Below are positions 8,953 through 19,311 of a DNA stretch of 64,000 nucleotides, in pieces (the first letter of the stretch is position 1; every line of letters starts with the position of its first letter). The position numbers and the translations under genes were made by a program. Source of the DNA: a virus. The stretch lies in the IMG/VR virus record IMGVR_UViG_3300022602_000037; one strand, 5' to 3'. The notes under the pieces are model-generated. The model was not told the DNA's origin, searched no databases, and was given only the letters and a program-made list of their open reading frames with translations.

Positions 8953-9787
8953 TTGGTAATGACTCCAACTTTTTTAACAGGTCAGGTGTTACAAAATTCT
9001 TTTCAACATAATGAAATACTTTAGGTTGCTTAATGTTGTTTATTAATAATTCACCTTTAGAATTAAAAGTTGCCGATGCAACATCTTGCCAGCTATCAGG
9101 AATGAGGTTCCATCCTTGTATAGGCGCTTTCATATGAACAAATTCCATAGGATTATTAATATCTAGGACTTGTTCTTGGGCCCCCATCATTTCAATTGTA
9201 ATAGCTACTGCTAAATCCATACTTGGCCAATCTTGATATTTTTCTGGTGCAAAAATAGTCCAACATTTTTGCCAGTTGGAACATACAAATTCTAGCATCT
9301 TATAAAAATTATCTGCAAATTTTGATTTCTTAAAATAATGTAGAGCGTAGTATGGATTAGTTAAGTTGTTTGTTAAAAAAGTTTCTCTATGAAATGTATC
9401 TTTTATAACAGGTTCTAATTTGTAATTCATAATTCTATTACAAAATTTAACATCAAAATTACTACAATACTTCCACCATTGATCTATATCGCCTAATATC
9501 AACATATCGGAATCTAAAACCATAGTTTCATCATATGGCGATGCACTATATAACTGATATCTATGTTCTGTTTTAAGAGCGCTATTTTGATCTTGATTAA
9601 AATAGGGAATAGGAATTACTTGATCAAATAATTTTTTATATTTTTTTGGAACAAAGTCATCGGTAACAATAGAAATATTTTTAACCGTTATTTGACTAGA
9701 TTTTATACTCAAAGCAAGAGCATAGGCCTGTTGAACATAATCCACTGTATCTGTATTTTGAGCAAATACTAAAAATCCTTTAGACAC
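8945..9787 (-). CDS. Nucleotide-diphospho-sugar transferase-like protein (GT8-like)
   Basis: AQN...DY...A.ALA.SI, SPYDETMVLDSD (DxD), FVHMK, FHY. Confidence 0.65.
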   Translation of the reverse strand: MSKGFLVFAQNTDTVDYVQQAYALALSIKSSQITVKNISIVTDDFVPKKYKKLFDQVIPIPYFNQDQNSALKTEHRYQLYSASPYDETMVLDSDMLILGDIDQWWKYCSNFDVKFCNRIMNYKLEPVIKDTFHRETFLTNNLTNPYYALHYFKKSKFADNFYKMLEFVCSNWQKCWTIFAPEKYQDWPSMDLAVAITIEMMGAQEQVLDINNPMEFVHMKAPIQGWNLIPDSWQDVASATFNSKGELLINNIKQPKVFHYVEKNFVTPDLLKKLESLPNA

Positions 9788-10628
9788 CTAAACCTCCATC
9801 AATATATCTTCCTAAACTAGCTTTATTCATAATATGTACATCTAGACCACTAGTTTTAACTAAAGTATATTCGCCTAGGTATTTTTCTTTTTCTACTAAA
9901 AATTTCATCTTATCATCTTTAGATTCAATTAAAATATCTCGGTCCATTATATAAGTCATTTTACCTGGAAGTTCTACTGCAAATACGCCTTCGGTTTTTC
10001 CGTTCATAATATGTATAGCAATACTAAATGCTATATCATTTCTATATGTTGGTGAATCGATAGAATATAGCAATTTGTAATAATTCCAATTTGTTTTAAT
10101 ATAATCTAACAGATCAAAAAAACATCCTACAATATAATTTTTTTGAAATACAAATGCTGTGGCCCAGTAGAAAGGAATACTGTATTGATTTATTCTTGTA
10201 AACTCTGCATTAGACCTCCATCCTGCAAGATCAAAGCTATTTCGATAAATTTGAAAATCGTGTTCCATTTCTAGTGCAGGTGCAAGTACACTAGAATTTA
10301 ATATATAATCGCTGTCAATGACTAGAGTAGTTTCGTATGGAGTTAACTTATATACATTAGTTCTGGATTCATTTTTCCATTCTAAAGTTCTATTTGAAAT
10401 TGATCCATCGTAAAATTTTTTAACTTGTGCTGTTGTAGAAAAATCTAAATCAATAATTTGATCAAAAGGATGATCTGGATGACTTTTTTCTAACCATCCT
10501 CTGCTATCTGTAATAATACTTACAGGAATATTCAAATATTGTTTTATTCTTTTAGCTGAAAAAATTGCCAGTTTAACATAATCAACACCTGAATTATTTT
10601 GAGCAAAAATTATGGCGCCAGTTGTCAT
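9780..10628 (-). CDS. Nucleotide-diphospho-sugar transferase-like protein (GT8-like)
   Basis: FAQN...DY, TPYETTLVIDSD (DxD), RND.AFSIA.H, VHIMNK; paralog of 8945-9787. Confidence 0.65.
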   Translation of the reverse strand: MTTGAIIFAQNNSGVDYVKLAIFSAKRIKQYLNIPVSIITDSRGWLEKSHPDHPFDQIIDLDFSTTAQVKKFYDGSISNRTLEWKNESRTNVYKLTPYETTLVIDSDYILNSSVLAPALEMEHDFQIYRNSFDLAGWRSNAEFTRINQYSIPFYWATAFVFQKNYIVGCFFDLLDYIKTNWNYYKLLYSIDSPTYRNDIAFSIAIHIMNGKTEGVFAVELPGKMTYIMDRDILIESKDDKMKFLVEKEKYLGEYTLVKTSGLDVHIMNKASLGRYIDGGLGV

Positions 10629-10975
10629 AGTTCAATAATATCAGTAATTCTTCGTTTGGTTCTAATATTATGATATTTGAGTGCATAATCATCACAGGCT
10701 TTGAAATAAAACTCAGTGATATCATTAAAAAATTTCTGCACATCTGAAATAACAACAGGCAATGAATTTGAATCAACAAATACCGTATCTGTTGTTCTTC
10801 CAATATTAATTGCTATTTGAACAAGACTAATTAGTTCAGGAGTTATTTTGAAAGTCGAACCGTTGGTGTAGTATAGTAGACTTTGATTAAATTCTTCTAG
10901 TATTATTCTGCGCTGATTTGATAGCGTAGCCATAAAATTGGCTGTAGCAAATGCTTTTTCAATTCTTTCGTCCAT
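10625..10975 (-). CDS. Hypothetical protein, first gene of the GT cluster
   Basis: 116 aa; SD GGAG upstream. Confidence 0.8.
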   Translation of the reverse strand: MDERIEKAFATANFMATLSNQRRIILEEFNQSLLYYTNGSTFKITPELISLVQIAINIGRTTDTVFVDSNSLPVVISDVQKFFNDITEFYFKACDDYALKYHNIRTKRRITDIIEL

Positions 10976-10994
10976 AGATAACTCCGTAGTCTAT

Positions 10995-11023
10995 ATAATA
11001 TACTACTTTAATTATCTTGTCAA
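10995..11023 (-). promoter_or_regulatory. sigma70-type promoter for the GT cluster
   Basis: Minus strand TTGACA (11023-11018), 17 bp, TATTAT (11000-10995). Confidence 0.65.
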
Positions 11024-11041
11024 TGAATTAAGAGTGGTTAA

Positions 11042-11944
11042 TTACGGCCCAGTACTGGTAACACTTGGTAAGTAGTTTGTAACAGATACATTTGAACCCG
11101 AAGCATAGTATCCTTGTACATTGCTTACTAATGTACCTTCGACGTTTTCGTCTACACCCCAAGGAGGATTTGGTTGCCCTGATTGATCTTGGAATTGTAT
11201 GCTATAAGTAATAATAGATCCAGTACCATCTACTTTAGCATATATATCGTATTGGTTTGGACTATATGTTGGACTAGTAGTTGCTCTAGTAAACAAAGTT
11301 TGGAAATTAGTATTTAATTGATAAAATCCAATACTACCTGCGGCTGTTCCTGAACCCGAAGTAACTGTACTATTTAGGTTCATAGTAATTGTTCCCATGT
11401 TGGTCAACAATGTAGCCCAGTCATTACTTTTTTGATAACTGCCGTCTTGAGGATAGTTTGTCAAACTTGCACTAAATTGAACATTGCCACCAGAATTAAA
11501 ATACCATCTTGCGGCATTATAGTTAGGAAATTGTAAAGTTACTGTATGTGTAACTGTTCCGTTCCATGCTGTTGTTCGAGTACTACTGCTAAATGTAGTC
11601 AATGTTGCTTGTCCAGCAGGAGGAGTTGCATTAACACTAGATAAGATAGCTTGTGCATAGTTATAATAAGTTGCACGGTCGGCTTCACGTACTAGAGTAT
11701 TAGTTGTTAATACTGGTAAATTTCCACTTTCATTTACACCAGTTTGATGCTGACGAGCGGCTAATAAATCGTTACGTAAATTGATCCAGTCGCTTGCTTG
11801 AATTTTTCCGCCGACTGAAACTGAATTACTAGTAACTGTTTGGCCGTATCCAACATTGCTTGAGCCAGCACCTAACACATTAGATATAGTTGTCTGTATT
11901 GCGTTATAGTCACTAGCTCGAATTGGGGTTCCTACACCAGCCAT
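11042..11944 (-). CDS. Virion structural protein (tail or fibre associated)
   Basis: 300 aa, S/T/G/N-rich; SD AAGGA; last gene of the tail block. Confidence 0.65.
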   Translation of the reverse strand: MAGVGTPIRASDYNAIQTTISNVLGAGSSNVGYGQTVTSNSVSVGGKIQASDWINLRNDLLAARQHQTGVNESGNLPVLTTNTLVREADRATYYNYAQAILSSVNATPPAGQATLTTFSSSTRTTAWNGTVTHTVTLQFPNYNAARWYFNSGGNVQFSASLTNYPQDGSYQKSNDWATLLTNMGTITMNLNSTVTSGSGTAAGSIGFYQLNTNFQTLFTRATTSPTYSPNQYDIYAKVDGTGSIITYSIQFQDQSGQPNPPWGVDENVEGTLVSNVQGYYASGSNVSVTNYLPSVTSTGP

Positions 11945-11969
11945 TTTTTATCCTTTTATAACTTTTATT

Positions 11970-13460
11970 TTAGAGTATAACACATTCAACAAGTGTTTCT
12001 GTTACAGTAGAACAATCTTCAAGTGCAATAGCAAAACAAATAGGTACATTATCATCTGCACTGAACATTACACTCATACTTACAGCTACTCCATTTCCAT
12101 AAGAAGCCATTTGATCGCCTTTACTGCAACCTCCAACAACTCTAACTGGAATACGTCCTTTAAGTGCTACATATTGTCCGCCTTCTAAAGCAGAATTCAT
12201 CATATATGCTGGATTAGTACTAATAGCGCCGATTGGTCTGCTGCCATAAGTTGCGGCAACAACTTCAGCTGAACCACCTACACATACTACTGTTCCTGGT
12301 GGATATTCTTCTTGTGTTAAATATTTTTCTGCCAAGTCAGCATAATAACTTGTTGTACTTGCACCATTAAAAATTGTTGCATTAACATTACCGTTACCGT
12401 CACGAACTACTACTGTATTTGGACTTGAATTTGCACTCGGTGTAATAACTGTACTGTTATATGCTAGACCAGATGCACTTGTAGCGTTTCCATTAAACGT
12501 TGTTGCCCAAACATTTGACCATTGATAATTTTGATTACCTAAATTGCTAGTTGCAGTTTGTCCTGGCAATACGTCTGCTCCAACTAGTTGCATTGGAGTA
12601 ACAGTACTCGAACTTACTGTTGTTTGGAAAACAATAGTGTTGTTTGATTGATTTTGAATAGTAGGAGTACTACTATTATTGTTAAACACACGTAGACGAG
12701 CAACTGGATTACCAACTGTATATCCAACGTCCGCAAAATTTACAACAGTACTAAATGCCGCAGATCCAGCTTGAACAAAATTACTTGCGGCAAGGCCACC
12801 TAATTTATCTGAGTTAGTAGCTGTTCCCCAGAATCTATGAGCACTTGTTGTAACTCCTGGTGTACTATTGTTATTGGTATAACATAGTGTTACACCTTGT
12901 TGTATCTGTGTAAACCCTGTAATAGGATTTACTGTATTATCTAGAGTAAATGCGCTGTCTGGACTAATTATAAAAATAACTTGACCATTATCTACAGCTT
13001 CAATTACTGTATGACTTGTGCCAAATGTATCTTTAACACTGGTACTTAACATTTCTGTAGTTCCAGATCCTGCAACTGCTTGTGGACCAACTAGAGTAAA
13101 TGTAGTACCATTCCATGCAAACAACTGGCTAGTTGTTGTATCAAACCAAAAATCGCCCACTGTTAACCCGCTCGGAGCAATAGCTCCAATTTCAGCACCA
13201 CCAGTTGTACGGAATTGTGTACCGTCCCAGAATTTTAGCTTGCTTGTACCGCTGTCGAACCAGATCTGGCCAGTTTGTGGACTAGATGGCGGTGTTGAAT
13301 TTGCAAAATTTTCAAGCAAATAAACGAAATTTTCGTTCTGAATCGCACCGTAGCCGGCGTAATTTTTACCTACTAGTTTGAGATTTGTAGTTGCATCAAC
13401 TGTGCCATCGGCAATTGTTGCTAGTAATGTTCCATTATAATGATTGATAGTATATGCCAT
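11970..13460 (-). CDS. Tail fibre/spike protein with a C-terminal autocleaving chaperone (peptidase G2-like) domain
   Basis: N-terminal GKNYAGYG...LLENFA...GQIWFD module; C-terminal YADLAEKY...STNPAY.MN...VAL.GR.PV. Confidence 0.7.
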   Translation of the reverse strand: MAYTINHYNGTLLATIADGTVDATTNLKLVGKNYAGYGAIQNENFVYLLENFANSTPPSSPQTGQIWFDSGTSKLKFWDGTQFRTTGGAEIGAIAPSGLTVGDFWFDTTTSQLFAWNGTTFTLVGPQAVAGSGTTEMLSTSVKDTFGTSHTVIEAVDNGQVIFIISPDSAFTLDNTVNPITGFTQIQQGVTLCYTNNNSTPGVTTSAHRFWGTATNSDKLGGLAASNFVQAGSAAFSTVVNFADVGYTVGNPVARLRVFNNNSSTPTIQNQSNNTIVFQTTVSSSTVTPMQLVGADVLPGQTATSNLGNQNYQWSNVWATTFNGNATSASGLAYNSTVITPSANSSPNTVVVRDGNGNVNATIFNGASTTSYYADLAEKYLTQEEYPPGTVVCVGGSAEVVAATYGSRPIGAISTNPAYMMNSALEGGQYVALKGRIPVRVVGGCSKGDQMASYGNGVAVSMSVMFSADDNVPICFAIALEDCSTVTETLVECVIL

Positions 13461-13484
13461 CTCATCCTATTCCTTTTGCTTGAG

Positions 13485-13492
13485 TATTTATC
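13485..13492 (-). promoter_or_regulatory. Late promoter GATAAATA
   Basis: TATTTATC on the + strand, intergenic, upstream of the 13460 start. Confidence 0.65.
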
Positions 13493-13508
13493 ATTGTTTT
13501 GTTCCTTA

Positions 13509-14681
13509 TTACCACGTGCTAAGAGCCGCTCTTTTCCAAGTATTTGTGGCAATACAGATATAAACATATGAATTATCCCATGTAATCTGACCTTTTACAC
13601 CTGTACTTGAACTTGTAGCTGGTGTATAGGAAGTTGTTACATTTAATGCTGTTCCTGTTAGGGCCGCTCCCGAAGTGATTGCTCCTGTTGCTTGAATTGT
13701 AGTTCCAGCAGTAATTGAAGTTGTTGCTATTAATGAAGTTGTGCTACGAATTGAACCAACAACATCTAAAGAATACTGAGGATTATTTGTAAAAATGCCA
13801 ACTGATTGGGCACTAGAGTTTACAAATATTGCCGGACTTGTTCCAGACTGACTTAAAGTAGCTATTTCAAAGTTTTGATTAGCTATGTTTGATTTAATCT
13901 GAAATAATGAAGTGCTAATATCAATTTCATTATTAGAAAATGGTCCTAATACCAGCGGAGTTCCTGCTTGTATTGTCAAAGATCCAGTAATTGTTTGTGT
14001 AGTTGCTACTGTTTGTATAAAATTATCTGCTGTATGAGATACTCCGGCAGCATCTAATAATTTAGTTGCAGTAAGTACTGGTACATTAAATTGTAATCCA
14101 TTCAAGGTTGAAGCATTAAACCCTACACCTATGCTTCCCGAAAACCCTGTTATTGCTTCCTTAGGAGTAAATGCTGTTGAACTAAAAATTCCAAGTAACG
14201 ATTTTCCTACATATAGATACACAATAGTATGACTTAAATTATTTGAATCTACAATATCATCGACAAAAAATCCATTTTGCCCTTGGGTAGAAGTGTATAT
14301 TGGTCCACATAATATATTAGACACGCCATCATTAAAATATAATTGACTAGTTCCACTATCTATCCATATATCGCCTGTTGTTAAACTACTAGGAACTGTA
14401 GCACCTATAAGCGTACCGCCGGTTACTTTGAATTGCACACCATCGTATACTTTTAATCTGTTTTGTGTAGTATCAAACCATAATTGTCCTATGATAGGGT
14501 TGTTAGGTTGACTAGTATTAGCAAAATTTTCTAATATGTGTACAAAATTATCATTGATGAATACACCGTACCCTGTAGAATTTTTACCTATCAAGGTCAA
14601 ATCAGTAGTAGTTTGGTCTATTGTACCATCTACAATTTCAGTTAGTGTGCTTCCATCAGTTTTAAGAATTGAATAACTCAT
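13509..14681 (-). CDS. Tail fibre/baseplate protein (paralog of its neighbours)
   Basis: Same N-terminal module (LIGKN..GYG...LENFA...GQLWFD); C-terminal WDNSYVYICIATNTWKR. Confidence 0.7.
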   Translation of the reverse strand: MSYSILKTDGSTLTEIVDGTIDQTTTDLTLIGKNSTGYGVFINDNFVHILENFANTSQPNNPIIGQLWFDTTQNRLKVYDGVQFKVTGGTLIGATVPSSLTTGDIWIDSGTSQLYFNDGVSNILCGPIYTSTQGQNGFFVDDIVDSNNLSHTIVYLYVGKSLLGIFSSTAFTPKEAITGFSGSIGVGFNASTLNGLQFNVPVLTATKLLDAAGVSHTADNFIQTVATTQTITGSLTIQAGTPLVLGPFSNNEIDISTSLFQIKSNIANQNFEIATLSQSGTSPAIFVNSSAQSVGIFTNNPQYSLDVVGSIRSTTSLIATTSITAGTTIQATGAITSGAALTGTALNVTTSYTPATSSSTGVKGQITWDNSYVYICIATNTWKRAALSTW

Positions 14682-17071
14682 TATATGGCACCAGTAAAGA
14701 TTATGTAATTAATAGTAGTATAAGGCTGAAGTACAGTAAATGGAGTGGCAAGCGAAGGACTTATCACGCTACCACTATCCTGTAATCCGTAACCTTGACC
14801 GTCTTGCGATTGAACTGTTAAACCACGACCGGTAGCTACATTACTATATGGGTCTGTTGACGGATTTGGGCCGCCTACAGCAAAATACTGTGCGTTACCA
14901 TCATTTAGACTGTGTTTGTGATCTGGCAAGTTACTTAATTGTAAGGTAACAGTTTGACTACCGCCCGATGCTCCTATGGTATCTGCTGTAACATCGCTAA
15001 TTCTGTTAGCAATACCTCCGCCGGCATTAATTTGTATTCCAGAACCGTCGGCAGCAGGAACAGTTAATCCGTTGTTCATGTTATCTGCACCAAGTGGAAT
15101 ACGTCCTCTTAAATCTGGTAAAGCAAATGTACTCAAACCAGTTAATAAAATTGCCGCTTTGTATGTATAACCTATTACTGCAAACAATTGAGGATATGCA
15201 CTTATTTGTATTTCGCTACCATCACACAACAAATAACCTGTTGGAAGATTTGTAACAGATCCTGCATAGACAAACATGGATCCAACTGGAACTGTTGCTA
15301 CGTGTTTTAATAAATTTTGTTTTTGCATCTTAACTAGCTGACTAGTTGATGCTTGGAATACTAATAGTTGATCGTTGAGTGCTGAATCAGTAGCTTCATT
15401 TTTACTGGTAATAATACCCGAGTTAATACTTGTATTAAATACCACAGTTCCTGTAGCAGTTTGTCCGTCAAATGTAATACCAGGACTTGTAACGTCACCA
15501 GTTAATGAAAATACAGTAGAAGATTGCAATTTTGCGGCGGCACCTGTGATGCTTCCGGTCAAACTACCTGTGAATGTTCCGCTAAAATTACCTTGGAAAG
15601 CCTGAGCATAAATGTTTCTAAATGGTCTAGCTACCGTTCCAATATCATACAGATTGGCAGCACTGTCAGTCCCTGGCTGAATTACACTGGCAGCTACTGG
15701 ATTACCGTTGACATCGAGATAATTAATATAATATTGCCCATAACTAGTAACATCGTCACCTAGAGAAGTTTTTTTACCTACACTTAATCCGCCTGCTGTT
15801 TGAATACTTGCTCCGCCTGGATCAAACGGGCTTGTGCTAGCTGTTCCTACATCACTAGTTCCAGTAATAACTAATCTTCCTGGTACTACACTTGCCGGAA
15901 CTGATCCTATAAAACTCAATGTAGCTGTACCGTCTGTGCCAGTACCTGAAGTAAACACAGGGCCACTAGTTCCACTTATACCTGCTACAATAACTTGATA
16001 GTAATAATTGTTGTAAACGATATATGTATTAATACTAAATGGAGTATTAGCTGTCCATGTTACTGCATGACTACTTGGATCATCTTTAATTGTTAATCCG
16101 CCAATAATATCTAATGTACTTTGAGGATTGGCGTTGTTTGTACCAATACCTAACTTAGCATCTGCTGTCAAATGCATTGCTGTAATAACTGTTCCTGCAT
16201 TATTTGTAGCAAATTCTATAGCGTTTCCACTATTTTTTGAATACAAAACTGTAGTATTACCAGTAATACCAAGGTTAAAACCTAAACTAGCACCAATTGT
16301 AATACCGCCATCATTACGAACGTTAATTGGATAATTGGCAATAGTTGTAGTATCACCTCTTAAAAAGTTTGCCGCGGCAACTGTTGTTGTTCCAACTAGC
16401 AAAGCATCAGCTTGTTGAGCGGTTCCCCATATTCTAGACAAGCTAGTAGCACTGGTAGAGTCTAAAGTACTTAAATTAAATCCTTGGTTGATTGCTTGAA
16501 ATCCAGCTATTGCGGCTTTTGGAGTAAATGTATCCTTGCTAATAATAGCAATTCTGTAATTGGTTGTTGTACTGCTACTACTACTCGCATAAAGAGTAAT
16601 AACGTTGTGGCTAACATTAGATGTATCAACAATAGTTTCTACTACAGGACCAGTTTGTAGTCCTGCACTAAATTGTGGACCAACTAAAATCCAAGCACTT
16701 CCTGAATATAGATATAACTGACTAGTATCTGTATTGACCCATAAGTCTCCGGTTGTTGCGGCTGCAGGAGCAGTACCAGATTTTTTAAGACTACCAGCAG
16801 GATTCCAAGACGAACCGTCATAGACCTTTAATATATTAATGCCACTTGCAGTGTCAAACCATAGTTGTCCTTGAACTGGATTAACAGGTGCTGTATCATT
16901 AGCAAAATTTTCTAGTAAATGTAAGAAATCATTAGCCAGTATAGGAGCATATCCAGCATAGTTTTTTCCTATAAATTGCAGACTAGTAGTATTATCTACA
17001 GTACCATCAGCAACTGTGATAGGTGGTTTATCAGGATTGTTACTTTGAGTATAAGTTACTTGATATGACAT
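14681..17071 (-). CDS. Tail fibre protein with a tail-collar domain
   Basis: Shared N-terminal module; collar motif PVG....AG...P.GYLLCDGS......YP.LF..IG..Y...F.LPDLRGR; tip motif LP.H.H...QPY..INYII. Confidence 0.8.
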   Translation of the reverse strand: MSYQVTYTQSNNPDKPPITVADGTVDNTTSLQFIGKNYAGYAPILANDFLHLLENFANDTAPVNPVQGQLWFDTASGINILKVYDGSSWNPAGSLKKSGTAPAAATTGDLWVNTDTSQLYLYSGSAWILVGPQFSAGLQTGPVVETIVDTSNVSHNVITLYASSSSSTTTNYRIAIISKDTFTPKAAIAGFQAINQGFNLSTLDSTSATSLSRIWGTAQQADALLVGTTTVAAANFLRGDTTTIANYPINVRNDGGITIGASLGFNLGITGNTTVLYSKNSGNAIEFATNNAGTVITAMHLTADAKLGIGTNNANPQSTLDIIGGLTIKDDPSSHAVTWTANTPFSINTYIVYNNYYYQVIVAGISGTSGPVFTSGTGTDGTATLSFIGSVPASVVPGRLVITGTSDVGTASTSPFDPGGASIQTAGGLSVGKKTSLGDDVTSYGQYYINYLDVNGNPVAASVIQPGTDSAANLYDIGTVARPFRNIYAQAFQGNFSGTFTGSLTGSITGAAAKLQSSTVFSLTGDVTSPGITFDGQTATGTVVFNTSINSGIITSKNEATDSALNDQLLVFQASTSQLVKMQKQNLLKHVATVPVGSMFVYAGSVTNLPTGYLLCDGSEIQISAYPQLFAVIGYTYKAAILLTGLSTFALPDLRGRIPLGADNMNNGLTVPAADGSGIQINAGGGIANRISDVTADTIGASGGSQTVTLQLSNLPDHKHSLNDGNAQYFAVGGPNPSTDPYSNVATGRGLTVQSQDGQGYGLQDSGSVISPSLATPFTVLQPYTTINYIIFTGAI

Positions 17072-17074
17072 CTA

Positions 17075-17683
17075 TTATACTCCCACTAGTCCGGTCAAAC
17101 TCTGTATACGCACTGTATAATCAATTTGGATTAAACGATTAAGACTTTTTAATACAGGGTGAAAAATAACATGAGTTAATAATAAACTATTTCCATTAGA
17201 ATTATAACCAACAAGTCCTAGCTCATCAAATACAAATTGACTAGAATTAGAACTTACAGTATCAAATGCACTTTGAGAACTTGGTTCACCATAGTCTAGC
17301 AAACAAGTTACAAATAAATCTGTATAATTTGTACCGGTGGTATGACGTGTTTCAATAAAATTTCTACTAGGGTCAATATTGTTACTGGAATTTTGATTAA
17401 CAACTTTTAGATATGTTTGATTATACAAACTTGCATTAGTACCAGTAGTGTTTGGTGTAAGATATGTAATAATTCCTGTTGGGTCTATACTGGTTCCACC
17501 GTTTCCAAACGCCATTTGATAAACAAAGCCGTTACCGCTATCTGCTAGACTTTGAGCCAGAGCTAAACTAATATTCTCGTAGTGAATTGCATTGCGTTTG
17601 TCAATGTAGATTTCTTTGGATGCAGGATCATATATTTTGATATGCCCTTCAATGTGAATTCCTGTTTGATCTTTAGTCTGCAT
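17075..17683 (-). CDS. Tail/baseplate structural protein
   Basis: 202 aa within the tail block; own late promoter. Confidence 0.6.
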   Translation of the reverse strand: MQTKDQTGIHIEGHIKIYDPASKEIYIDKRNAIHYENISLALAQSLADSGNGFVYQMAFGNGGTSIDPTGIITYLTPNTTGTNASLYNQTYLKVVNQNSSNNIDPSRNFIETRHTTGTNYTDLFVTCLLDYGEPSSQSAFDTVSSNSSQFVFDELGLVGYNSNGNSLLLTHVIFHPVLKSLNRLIQIDYTVRIQSLTGLVGV

Positions 17684-17703
17684 AATTAACTCTCTTTATC
17701 TTA

Positions 17704-17711
17704 TATTTATC
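17704..17711 (-). promoter_or_regulatory. Late promoter GATAAATA
   Basis: TATTTATC on the + strand, intergenic. Confidence 0.65.
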
Positions 17712-17732
17712 AATAGTTATAATGTGCTAATA

Positions 17733-19310
17733 TTATGTTGTTAAAACTTGAGAATCTTGGGCCAAAAGGTTCTGAAGTGTAACTTCAGAGTAAATTGAAA
17801 AAACAATCCTGATATTAGCCGGCATAGATGCGCTAAATGACGCTGCCAAAATCACTTGGGTACCCGAAAATGTCAAAGTTCCCGAAGTAGCCCCACTTGC
17901 AAAATATGTGTTAGCTGTTGAAAGGTTAACTTGACTTGCTCCATTGAACAATATCATTGCATAATAAATTGTTGAATATGAATTATAATTAGACGTCACT
18001 GTATATGTAACAGATGAAGTATGCGAAGGACTTGTTGTATTTGGAGCAACAGTGTAAGAAAAACTCACTATTTTTCCAGTATTTCTCAAGTTAATAGTTT
18101 TTCTAGGATATACTGACCCGGTTGTGGGGCGAAGTCCATAATTATGTTTAGGAAAACTAACTTGTGGTCTGAGTAATGGATATAATTTACTTCCCGTAGG
18201 AGGTCCCAGTCCTGTAACACAGTCCCATCCAGATGTACCTGCATAACCTGAAGTTATAACGTCGTTATTAGTACCAGTAGTTATGTCGTAAAATGCACTA
18301 GGATTATTATAAAACAATGTGTTGTATTCGACACTAGATCTTTGTATACCAGTAAGTTGTTGAAATCTAGCTAACATACCGGCAATTACAGGAGCTGCCA
18401 AACTTGTTCCGCCAAATCCTCCAATGGAACCGTTGAAGTAACAACCATATACATTCATAGGAGCAGAAATGTCTGGAATTCCTCTAACAGTTAAGTTTGT
18501 AGGACTACCAGTTACGCCGTTTGTGATAGGTGTATATTTAAGTCCTGTTTGATAACTTGGCAAAGTAAACAAGGTACTTAGACCACCACCGCCTCCCCAA
18601 GTACTTCCAAAACTGGAATCTCTATTATCATCAGATTCGGATACTCTATTGTCTAGGGAATTCAACGCAAGTTTTGTGCCGCCAATGGATATTATATAAG
18701 GGCTTGAACCTGGGTACCCCACTGATAATGTGCTAGCGCCACTGTACCAGGCCGATCCATGATCGCCAGAAGCAATGACAATTGCCTGCTTATTAGTGTT
18801 TGCAGTTGCTAGTTGCGTTTGTAAAAAATCAGTTGATTCATTAGTTGACCAACTGATTGAAATTATATGGCAGCCATCTGCAATGGCTTGATTAATAGGA
18901 CTTTCCCATGTATTGCCTATATAAATTGTAATATCAGCAAGCGGAGCCATGGTAGCTGTACAATAAATGTCAACTGTATTTTCTCCACTAGCACCGTCTG
19001 CGGCATTAAATGTTCCGCTTGCGCCATCAAATGTTTTCTTTTTTATTGTGGGAGGTGACATATCAGCTGATATATAACCTGCTACTTGCAAATCTGCAAA
19101 AGATCTGTTTAGATCGCTTTGCAAAAAGCCACCACCGCCTGGGCTTATAATACCAATCTTTACTCCGTATCCAAAACTGCTTGGTAGCCCGTAGGCGTTA
19201 GCAATTTGAGGAGGGGTCAAATAAGACCCGTTTACGATAGATGCTAGTGGCTCTCCTGTGTTAGGATCAATAGCATCAATCTGGACAAGATTAGCTGGTT
19301 TAGAGTTCAT
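17733..19310 (-). CDS. S53 family (sedolisin/kumamolisin-like) serine protease
   Basis: ExxxD (ENTVD), oxyanion ASGDHG, RGIPDIS, nucleophile GGTSLAAP, Ca-site DITTGTN...GWDCVTGLG. Confidence 0.85.
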   Translation of the reverse strand: MNSKPANLVQIDAIDPNTGEPLASIVNGSYLTPPQIANAYGLPSSFGYGVKIGIISPGGGGFLQSDLNRSFADLQVAGYISADMSPPTIKKKTFDGASGTFNAADGASGENTVDIYCTATMAPLADITIYIGNTWESPINQAIADGCHIISISWSTNESTDFLQTQLATANTNKQAIVIASGDHGSAWYSGASTLSVGYPGSSPYIISIGGTKLALNSLDNRVSESDDNRDSSFGSTWGGGGGLSTLFTLPSYQTGLKYTPITNGVTGSPTNLTVRGIPDISAPMNVYGCYFNGSIGGFGGTSLAAPVIAGMLARFQQLTGIQRSSVEYNTLFYNNPSAFYDITTGTNNDVITSGYAGTSGWDCVTGLGPPTGSKLYPLLRPQVSFPKHNYGLRPTTGSVYPRKTINLRNTGKIVSFSYTVAPNTTSPSHTSSVTYTVTSNYNSYSTIYYAMILFNGASQVNLSTANTYFASGATSGTLTFSGTQVILAASFSASMPANIRIVFSIYSEVTLQNLLAQDSQVLTT

Positions 19311-19311
19311 A

